From assembly GCA_036267655.1 (NCBI GenBank), contig DATAVP010000029.1, positions 32,151 through 96,150 on the forward strand: a stretch of 64,000 bases of DNA, read 5' to 3'. How positions within the stretch are numbered: position 1 is the stretch's first letter; each line of letters opens with the position of its first letter. The position numbers were made by a program, and so were the translations under genes. Shown piece by piece: positions 57,178 through 64,000 of the stretch. Below the pieces are notes generated by a model. That model was given only the letters and a program-made list of their open reading frames with translations. It did not search any database and was not told the origin of the DNA. The stretch comes from Solirubrobacteraceae bacterium (GTDB taxonomy: Bacteria; Actinomycetota; Thermoleophilia; Solirubrobacterales; Solirubrobacteraceae).

Positions 57178-57977
57178 GCACCGCGCTGAAGCCGCCGCCC
57201 GCGGAGCCGCCGCCCGAGACGAGGCCCAAGCCCGTGCCCGGCCGCGAGCGCCCCGGCTGCGGCTGCGCGCTCGTCACCGGCGCCTCGCGCGGGATCGGCG
57301 CCGCGGTCGCGCATGCCCTCGCGCGCGAGGGCTGGCCGGTGCTCGTCAACTACCGCAGCGACGAGAGCGGCGCGCGGCGAACCGTCGAGGCGATCCTCGA
57401 CCACGGCGGTCAGGCGCAGGCCGTGCAGGGCGACGTCGCCGACCAGCGGACCGCACGGCGCCTGCTGGACGCCGCCGAGCACGGGCACGGCCCCGTGCTG
57501 GTGCTAGTCAACAACGCGGGCATCACCGCCGACGGGCTCGCGCTGAGCATCGGTGACGAGCAGTGGGACCGCGTGATCGAAACCAACCTGTCGGCCGCCT
57601 TTCGCCTGATCCGCCCCGCCCTGCGGGCGATGATCGCCAATCGCTTCGGGCGAATCGTCAACGTCGCCTCGGTCGTCGGCACGGTCGCCAACCCCGGGCA
57701 AGCCAACTACGCGGCCTCGAAGGCCGGGCTGATCGGCCTGACCGGGACCGTCGCCGCCGAGGTCGCGCGCCGCGGCGTGACCGTCAACGCGGTTGCTCCC
57801 GGCTTCATCGAGACCGACATGACCAGCGATGTCGCACCCGTGCTGCTGGAGCGCGTGCCCGCGCGGCGCGCGGGCACGCCCGAGGAGGTCGCCGACTGCG
57901 TCGCCTTCCTCGCCTCCGAGCGCGCCTCCTACGTGACTGGCACGACGCTCTACGTCGACGGCGGCCTGTCCGCCTGA
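57174..57977 (+). CDS. fabG: 3-oxoacyl-ACP reductase
   Basis: TGASRGIG, NNAG, GQANYAASK, PGFIETDM. Confidence 0.92.
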   Translation: MSTALKPPPAEPPPETRPKPVPGRERPGCGCALVTGASRGIGAAVAHALAREGWPVLVNYRSDESGARRTVEAILDHGGQAQAVQGDVADQRTARRLLDAAEHGHGPVLVLVNNAGITADGLALSIGDEQWDRVIETNLSAAFRLIRPALRAMIANRFGRIVNVASVVGTVANPGQANYAASKAGLIGLTGTVAAEVARRGVTVNAVAPGFIETDMTSDVAPVLLERVPARRAGTPEEVADCVAFLASERASYVTGTTLYVDGGLSA

Positions 57978-58002
57978 GAACCAACAACGAAAGGACCGAC
58001 AC

Positions 58003-58242
58003 ATGCCCACCGACACTCAGACGATCGAGCAGCTCGTCAGCGACTCGCTCGTGCGCTTCGGCGCCGAGCCCGACGAGATCAAGCGCGAGGCGAGCTTCGA
58101 GGAGCTGAACATCGACTCGCTCGACCTCGCCGAGCTCTCGCAGATCGTCGAGAGCGAGCTCGGCGTCGAGCTGACGAGCTCCGACGTCGCCGAGGTCAAG
58201 ACGGTCGGCGACGCGATCGAGTTGATCGCGAGCCGGGCCTAG
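58003..58242 (+). CDS. acpP: Acyl carrier protein
   Basis: Acidic 79 aa, IDSLDL, KTVGDAI; AAGGA RBS. Confidence 0.92.
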   Translation: MPTDTQTIEQLVSDSLVRFGAEPDEIKREASFEELNIDSLDLAELSQIVESELGVELTSSDVAEVKTVGDAIELIASRA

Positions 58243-58245
58243 CCG

Positions 58246-59475
58246 ATGGCCGACGTCGTCGTCACCGGGCTCGGCTGCGTCTCGCCGCTGGGCGTCGGCG
58301 CCCCCGCGTTGATCGAGCGCTGGCTCGCGGGCGCCACCGGCGTGCGGGACGGCGAGGCGCCCTGCGCGGACTTCGATCCGAGCGACTTCCTGTCGGTCAA
58401 GCAGGCGCGCCGCGCCGACCGCTTCACACAACTGGCGCTGGCGGCCGCCGCCGAGGCGATCGCCGACGCGGGCTGGAAGGACGAGCTGCCGTATGAGCCG
58501 CGCCGCGTCGGCTGCCTGATCGGCACCGGCATCGGCGGCATCGCGACGATCGAGGCCAACCAGACGACGCTCGCCGCCGACGGGCCGAAGGGCGTCACGC
58601 CCTTGGCGGTGCCGCTGATGATGAGCAACGCGGGCACGGCCGCGGTCAGCATGCGCTACGGCCTGCGCGGCCCCGCCTTCGGCGTCGTCTCGGCCTGTGC
58701 CGCGGGCGCGCACGCGATCGGCACCGCGATGCGGGCGATCGCCTACGGCGACGCCGACGCGATCCTCGCGGGCGGCGCCGAGGCCACGCTCACGCCGCTG
58801 GCGCGCGCCGCCTTCGCGGCGATGGACGCGACCTCGACGTGCGGCGTCTCGCGTCCGTTTGACGCGCGCCGCGACGGCTTCGTGATGGGCGAGGGCGCGG
58901 GCGTGCTGGTGCTCGAGAACGGCGAGCGCGCCCGGGCGCGCGGCGCGCGCGTGCTCGCGACGCTGCGCGGCTTCGGCGCCACGAGCGACGCCCACCACCT
59001 GACCGCGCCCGACGCCCGCGGCGAGGGCGCGGCGGCCGCGATTGGGCTGGCGCTCGCCGACGCCGGGATCGCGCCCGAGCGCGTCGACTACGTCAACGCC
59101 CACGGCACCTCGACGCCGCTGAACGACAGCGCCGAGACCAAGGCGCTGAAGCTCGCGCTCGGCGAGCACGCCGCGCGCGTGCCGATCTCCTCGCTGAAGG
59201 GCTCGACCGGCCACCTGCTCGGCGCCGCGGGCGCCGTCGAGGCTGTCGGCGGCGTGCTCGCGCTGCGCGCCCGCATCGCGCCGCCGACGGTCGGCCTGCA
59301 GCAGCCCGACCCCGAGCTCGACCTCGACTACGTCCCCGGCGCCGGGCGGGCGCTGGGCACGCCCGAGGACAGAGCCGCGATCTCGATCTCGAACTCGTTC
59401 GGCTTCGGCGGGCACAACGCGGTGCTCGTGATCGAGGGCCCCGAGCCGGGCGTGCCGCTGGAGGCCGCGGCGTGA
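58246..59475 (+). CDS. fabF: 3-oxoacyl-ACP synthase II
   Basis: SACAAG, NAHGTST, GHLLGAAG, NSFGFGGHN. Confidence 0.93.
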   Translation: MADVVVTGLGCVSPLGVGAPALIERWLAGATGVRDGEAPCADFDPSDFLSVKQARRADRFTQLALAAAAEAIADAGWKDELPYEPRRVGCLIGTGIGGIATIEANQTTLAADGPKGVTPLAVPLMMSNAGTAAVSMRYGLRGPAFGVVSACAAGAHAIGTAMRAIAYGDADAILAGGAEATLTPLARAAFAAMDATSTCGVSRPFDARRDGFVMGEGAGVLVLENGERARARGARVLATLRGFGATSDAHHLTAPDARGEGAAAAIGLALADAGIAPERVDYVNAHGTSTPLNDSAETKALKLALGEHAARVPISSLKGSTGHLLGAAGAVEAVGGVLALRARIAPPTVGLQQPDPELDLDYVPGAGRALGTPEDRAAISISNSFGFGGHNAVLVIEGPEPGVPLEAAA

Positions 59476-60923
59476 GCGTCGCGGTCGCAGCCAGGCCGCG
59501 CGAGCGGCTGACCCCGCGCGAGCGCCTGGAGGTGCTGTGCGACCCGGGCTCGCTGCAGTTCTTGCGCACGGGCGTGCGCTCGCGGCGGATGGCGGACCGG
59601 GCGCGCGACGGCGACGGCGTGCTGGCGGCGAGCGGGCGCATCGACGGGCGGGCGGTCGCGGTGTTCGCGCAGGACGCGACGTTCGCGGGCGGCTCGCTCG
59701 GCGAGCAGCACGCCAACACGGTCGTCGAGCTGCTGCGCTTGGCCGAGCGCGCGCGCATCCCGGTGATCGGCTGCATGGAGTCGGCCGGCGCGCGCATGCA
59801 GGAGGGCCTCGCGGCGCTCGGCGGCTACGGGCGCATCTTTCGCGGCCACGTCGCGCTGTCGGGCCGCGTGCCGCAGATCTCGATCGTCTGCGGCGCCTCC
59901 GCGGGCGGCGGCTCCTACGCCCCGGCGCTGACCGACTTCGTGGTGATGACCGAGCAGTCGAGCATGTTCCTCACGGGACCCGGCGTCGTCGCGAAGGTGA
60001 CCGGCGAGGAGGTCGACGCCGCGGGCCTCGGCGGGCCGCGCGTGCACGACCGCAACGGCGTCTGCCAGATGGTCGCGCCCAGCGACCTCGACGCGCTGCT
60101 GTTGACGCGCGAGCTGCTCGACTACCTACCCCAGCGCGCAGGCGAGCGCCCCGCCGACTGGCCCACGGTGGCGGCGCCGGGCCGCTCGCCCGAGCTGACC
60201 GTGCCGAGCGAGGAGCGCAAGGTCTACGACGTGCGCGACGTCGTGCGCGCGGTCGTCGACGGCGGGCGGCTGCTCGAGCTCTCCCCTCGTTACGCGCGCA
60301 ACGTCGTATGCGCGTTCGCGCGCATCGAAGGCCGTTCGATCGGCGTCGTCGCCAACCAGCCGCGCCACCTCGGCGGCGTGCTCGACGCCGACGCCTCGCA
60401 GAAGGCGGCGCGTTTCGTGCGCACCTGCAACATGTTCGGGCTGCCGCTGCTCGTGCTGGTCGACACGCCCGGCTTCCTGCCCGGCGCCAAGCAGGAGCGC
60501 GAGGGCGTGATCCGCCACGGCGCCAAGCTCGTGCACGCGTTCGCAGAGTGCGTCGTGCCGCGCATCACCGTCGTGCTGCGCAAGGGCTTCGGCGGCGCTG
60601 TGATCGCGATGAACAGCAAGCAGCTCGGCGCCGACTTCGTGTTCGCCTGGCCGCAGGCGCAGCTCGGCGTGATGGGCGCGGCGCAGACCGTCGAGATCAT
60701 CAACCGCCGCGAGATCGCCGCCGCGGCGAACCCCGCCCGCGAGCGCGACGCGCTTGCGGCGACCTATGCGCGCGAGCACCTGCACCCCGACGCCGCGGCG
60801 GCCGAGGGCTTCGTCGATCAGATCATCGAGCCGCGCGACACGCGCGCGTGCGTCGCGGGCGCGCTGGCGACGCTCGACGCGACCGCCTGGCGCGAGCCGA
60901 CCGCGGGGAACATCCCGCTGTGA
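59472..60923 (+). CDS. Acyl-CoA carboxylase carboxyltransferase subunit (AccD/PccB-like)
   Basis: GGSLG, SAGARMQEG, VDTPGFLPG, GVMG. Confidence 0.9.
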   Translation: MSVAVAARPRERLTPRERLEVLCDPGSLQFLRTGVRSRRMADRARDGDGVLAASGRIDGRAVAVFAQDATFAGGSLGEQHANTVVELLRLAERARIPVIGCMESAGARMQEGLAALGGYGRIFRGHVALSGRVPQISIVCGASAGGGSYAPALTDFVVMTEQSSMFLTGPGVVAKVTGEEVDAAGLGGPRVHDRNGVCQMVAPSDLDALLLTRELLDYLPQRAGERPADWPTVAAPGRSPELTVPSEERKVYDVRDVVRAVVDGGRLLELSPRYARNVVCAFARIEGRSIGVVANQPRHLGGVLDADASQKAARFVRTCNMFGLPLLVLVDTPGFLPGAKQEREGVIRHGAKLVHAFAECVVPRITVVLRKGFGGAVIAMNSKQLGADFVFAWPQAQLGVMGAAQTVEIINRREIAAAANPARERDALAATYAREHLHPDAAAAEGFVDQIIEPRDTRACVAGALATLDATAWREPTAGNIPL

Positions 60924-61465
60924 GCACCGCGATCTCCGACGCGGCGGCGAGCGCGGTGGATTGGTCGGCGCCATTCGACGAGCTGCGCGTCGGCCAGCGG
61001 CTGAGCACGCGCGGGCGCACCGTCACCGAGACCGACGTCGTCGGCTTCGCGGCGCTGACCGGCGACTGGCATCCCCAGCACGCCGACGCGAGCTGGGCGG
61101 CGCAGAGCCGCTTCGGCGAGCGCATCGCGCACGGCATGCTGATCGTCTCCTACGCGGTCGGGCTGATGCCGCTCGATCCAGAGCGGGTCGTGGCGCTGCG
61201 GCGGATCGCGGACGTCGTGTTCAAGCGCCCGCTGAAGCTCGGCGAGACGATCAAGGCCGACGGCAGGATCGCCGAGCTGTCGGGCCTGGACGACGAGCTC
61301 GGCCTGGTCGGCTGCGCCTGGTCGATCCGCAATCAGGACGAGGCGCTGCTGTGCCGCGCGCGGATCGACGTGCTGTGGAGGCGCGACGGACAGGCCGAGT
61401 CCGATGCCGCGCTCGCCGAGTCCACGCGGCCGGTCGAGTACGCCGGCGGGGTCTTCCCGTGCTGA
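60920..61465 (+). CDS. MaoC-like dehydratase
   Basis: FAALTGDWHPQH, IAHG; GTG 60920 overlaps the upstream stop. Confidence 0.88.
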   Translation: MSTAISDAAASAVDWSAPFDELRVGQRLSTRGRTVTETDVVGFAALTGDWHPQHADASWAAQSRFGERIAHGMLIVSYAVGLMPLDPERVVALRRIADVVFKRPLKLGETIKADGRIAELSGLDDELGLVGCAWSIRNQDEALLCRARIDVLWRRDGQAESDAALAESTRPVEYAGGVFPC

Positions 61466-62244
61466 GCGGGAGCAGGCTGTTGATCACGGGCGTGATCACG
61501 CGCAAGTCGATCGCCTTCGAGGCCGCGCGCCGGGCGCAGCTCGCCGGCGCCGAGGTTCTGCTGACCGGCTTCGGCCGCGCGCGACACCTGACCGAACGCG
61601 CGGCCGAGGAGCTGCCCGAGCCGGTCGAGATCCTCGAGCTCGACGTCAACTCCGACGAGGACGTGCTGGCCGTGGCGCAGGAGCTTCGGCAGCGCTGGGG
61701 CGGCCTGGACGGCGTGCTGCACGCGGTCGCCTTCGCGCCCGCGGATGCGCTGGGCGGAGACTTCATGGGCGCCAGCCGCGAGAGCGCGACGACCGCCTTT
61801 CAGACCAGCGCCTTCTCGCTGAAGACGCTCGCGAGCGCCCTGGCGCCGCTGCTGGAGCAGGGCAACGACGGTGCCGGCGGCGCGATCGTCGGTCTCGACT
61901 TCGACGCCCAGGTCGCGTGGCCGGTGTACGACTGGATGGGCGTGGCGAAGGCGTCGCTTGAGAGCGTGGCCCGCTACCTGGCGCGCGACCTCGGGCCACA
62001 CGGCATCCGCGTGAACCTCGTCTCGGCCGGGCCGATCCGGACGCTCGCCGCGGGCGGCATCCCCGGCTTCGAGCAGCTCGCCGCGAACTGGCGCTTGGTC
62101 GCACCGCTGGCCTGGGACGTAGACGACGCGGGGCCGGTGGCCGAGGCGATCTGCTTCCTGCTGTCCCGAGCCGCGCGCGGCATCACCGCGGAGATCGTCC
62201 ACGTCGACGGCGGCTACCACGCGATGGGCGCGCCGATCCGGTGA
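61459..62244 (+). CDS. fabI: Enoyl-ACP reductase (InhA/FabI)
   Basis: ITGVITRKSIAF, YDWMGVAK, AGPIRTLA. Confidence 0.92.
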   Translation: MLSGSRLLITGVITRKSIAFEAARRAQLAGAEVLLTGFGRARHLTERAAEELPEPVEILELDVNSDEDVLAVAQELRQRWGGLDGVLHAVAFAPADALGGDFMGASRESATTAFQTSAFSLKTLASALAPLLEQGNDGAGGAIVGLDFDAQVAWPVYDWMGVAKASLESVARYLARDLGPHGIRVNLVSAGPIRTLAAGGIPGFEQLAANWRLVAPLAWDVDDAGPVAEAICFLLSRAARGITAEIVHVDGGYHAMGAPIR

Positions 62245-62251
62245 GGCGCCG

Positions 62252-63361
62252 ATGAGCGAGACCGTGCTCCTGACCGGCGCGACCGGCTTCCTCGGCATGG
62301 AGCTGCTGGCGCGGCTGCTCGAGCGCAGCGACAGTGACGTGATCGTGCTGGTGCGCGCGCGGGATCGCGAAGCCGCCGCCGAGCGCCTGGTCGGCGTGTT
62401 CGAGCGCCTCTACGACGAGCGGCCGCTCGCGGCCGGGCGCGTGCAGGCGATCGCGGGCGACATCTCCCGGGAGGGCCTTGGCCTGAGCGCCCGCGATCGC
62501 CGCGAGCTGCTCGCGCGCACGAGCAGCATCATCCACTGCGCGGCCTCGATCGCCTTCGACCTGCCGCAGTCGGAGGCGTGCAACGTCAACGCGGGCGGCG
62601 CCGCGAGGATGCTGGAGCTCGCCCGGGAGCTGCATGCGACGGGGCGCCTGCGCCGCATGGTCCACGTCTCGACGGCCTACGTCTGCGGCCGCCACGACGG
62701 CGACTTCGACGAGCGCCGGCTCGACGTCGGCCAAGAGTTCCGCAACAGCTACGAGCGCTCCAAGGCATCCGCGGAGCGGCTGCTGCGCGCGAAGGCCGCG
62801 GGGCTCCCGCTCGTCGTGGCGCGCCCGAGCATCGTGGTCGGCGACAGCCGCTGCGGATGGACGCCCAGCTTCAACGTCGTCTACTGGCCGCTGCAGGCGT
62901 TCTCGCGCGGGCTGATCGGCGAGGTCGCCGCCGACCCCGACGGCGTGCTCGACATCGTGCCCGTCGACTACGCGGCCGACGGCATCCTCGCGCTGCACGA
63001 GGACCCCGCCGCCGACGGCACCTTCGCCCTCGTCGCGGGCGAGGGCGCGGTCAGCAACCGGCGGCTGCTGGAGCTCGCGTGCGCCCACTTCGACCGCCCG
63101 CCGCCGCCGTTCGTGCGCGGGCCGAGCGCCGACGCGCTGCCGGGCGTGCGCGAGGCCGAGGTGTATCTCCCCTACTTCGACGTGCGCACCCGCTTCGACG
63201 ACCGCCGCGCGCAGCGGCTGCTGCCGCCGCGCGGTCTCGTCTGTCCCCCGCTCGAGCGCTACTTCTCGACGCTGATGAACTACGCCCAGCGCGCGCGCTG
63301 GGGCAAGCTCTCGCCCACCCGCCAGTCCGCGCACGGACGCGCGAGCGCGGGTGTGGCGTGA
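62252..63361 (+). CDS. Stand-alone NAD_binding_4 fatty-acyl/thioester reductase
   Basis: TGATGFLG, HCAA, VSTAYV, YERSK, RPSIV, VPVD. Confidence 0.85.
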   Translation: MSETVLLTGATGFLGMELLARLLERSDSDVIVLVRARDREAAAERLVGVFERLYDERPLAAGRVQAIAGDISREGLGLSARDRRELLARTSSIIHCAASIAFDLPQSEACNVNAGGAARMLELARELHATGRLRRMVHVSTAYVCGRHDGDFDERRLDVGQEFRNSYERSKASAERLLRAKAAGLPLVVARPSIVVGDSRCGWTPSFNVVYWPLQAFSRGLIGEVAADPDGVLDIVPVDYAADGILALHEDPAADGTFALVAGEGAVSNRRLLELACAHFDRPPPPFVRGPSADALPGVREAEVYLPYFDVRTRFDDRRAQRLLPPRGLVCPPLERYFSTLMNYAQRARWGKLSPTRQSAHGRASAGVA

Positions 63362-63362
63362 G

Positions 63363-63446
63363 GCCGACACCATCCGCGGCACTCCCCAAGGTCGCGTCGG
63401 GCGGCGGGGTCCCTCCTCGTCTCACCCGCCACCCGATGGTGTCGGC
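63363..63446. repeat. Nested inverted-repeat element after the FAS cluster
   Basis: GCCGACACCATC (63363-63374) pairs with GATGGTGTCGGC (63435-63446); internal GGGCGGCGGG / CCCGCCACCC stem. Confidence 0.65.
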
Positions 63447-63495
63447 AGCACTCCCGCCCCGCGGCTCCCGGCCGGGCAGTCCCTAGGATGGAGCC

Positions 63496-64000
63496 GTGGA
63501 GAGTTCAACCGCCGCCACGCCGACCGAGGACTTCGGCGACCTCGAGCGCCACCGCCGTGAGCTGACCGCGCACTGCTACCGGATGATGGGCTCGCCGTTC
63601 GAGGCCGAGGACGCGGTCCAGGAAACGCTGCTGCGCGCCTGGCGCTCGCTCGATAGCTTCGAGGGCCGCGCCTCGGTGCGCTCCTGGCTCTACCGAATCG
63701 CGACGAACGTCTGCCTGGACATGCTCGACGCCAAGCAGCGCCGCGCGCGCCCGATGGACCTGGGCGAGGCGCGCTCGCCCGACGGTCCGATCGGGGAGAT
63801 CCTGGCGGAGACGACCTGGATCGAGCCGATCCCCGACGGCATGGTCGTGCCGGAGATCAGCGATCCCGCCGCGGTCGCCCAGTCGCGCGAGACGATCCGC
63901 CTGGCGTTCGTGGCCGCGCTGCAACACCTGCCGCCGCGCCAGCGCGCGGCGCTGATCCTCTGCGAGGTGCTGCACTGGAAGGCCTCCGAGGTCGCCGAGC
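63496..64000 (+). CDS. ECF sigma factor, SigG-like (3' end outside window)
   Basis: [55 protein letters not shown]; TAGGAT 6 nt before GTG. Confidence 0.92.
   Translation, partial: MESSTAATPTEDFGDLERHRRELTAHCYRMMGSPFEAEDAVQETLLRAWRSLDSFEGRASVRSWLYRIATNVCLDMLDAKQRRARPMDLGEARSPDGPIGEILAETTWIEPIPDGMVVPEISDPAAVAQSRETIRLAFVAALQHLPPRQRAALILCEVLHWKASEVAE

Noticed and set aside
59537-61458. Long N-terminal extensions of the MaoC and fabI ORFs suggesting fusions or frameshifts
   Set aside because: Internal GTG starts overlapping the upstream gene ends explain them as coupled separate genes.
2612-62298. Many long antisense or alternate-frame ORFs (e.g. 9534..10883, 13484..15112, 23597..25309, 28602..30152, 55476..57488)
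   Set aside because: They are shadows of real genes in high-GC DNA: Arg/Ala/Pro-rich or antisense-patterned, with no family motifs.
41000-64000. Apparent rise in GC in the right third of the window as a sign of chimerism or transfer
   Set aside because: Only an impression from spot counts; it needs a sliding-window GC/GC3 and coverage computation.

Overview
High-GC actinobacterial chromosomal window; gene content and order suggest Thermoleophilia/Solirubrobacterales (inference). Housekeeping blocks are hisIE, hrcA-dnaJ-prmA, yqeY-phoH-ybeY-era, tRNA-Glu and tRNA-Leu. Four accessory modules stand out. (1) 1.8-8.3 kb: PadR, a degenerate plus a canonical ABC ATPase, an FtsX-type permease, a YtpB/DUF2600 terpene cyclase and an IclR-HTH protein. 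(2) 16.6-26.3 kb, just past the 3' end of tRNA-Glu: a DNA-transfer-like module with two VirD4/TraD-type coupling ATPases and two PD-(D/E)XK Replic_Relax/MOBC-type relaxase domains, one pair fused in a 1306-aa protein, plus ssb, a dual-HTH TetR and palindrome-rich spacers, but no integrase or mating-pair genes. (3) 45.2-48.4 kb: a three-gene mau-like operon whose Tat-exported MADH-light-chain homolog has only one Trp. (4) 51-63.4 kb: a FAS-II cluster ending in a fatty-acyl-reductase-like gene, flanked by a desaturase, a GAF two-component system and a PucR/FasR-type regulator. Many genes look leaderless (TANNNT 6-7 nt before the start codon). All calls come from motif reading only; no searches were run.
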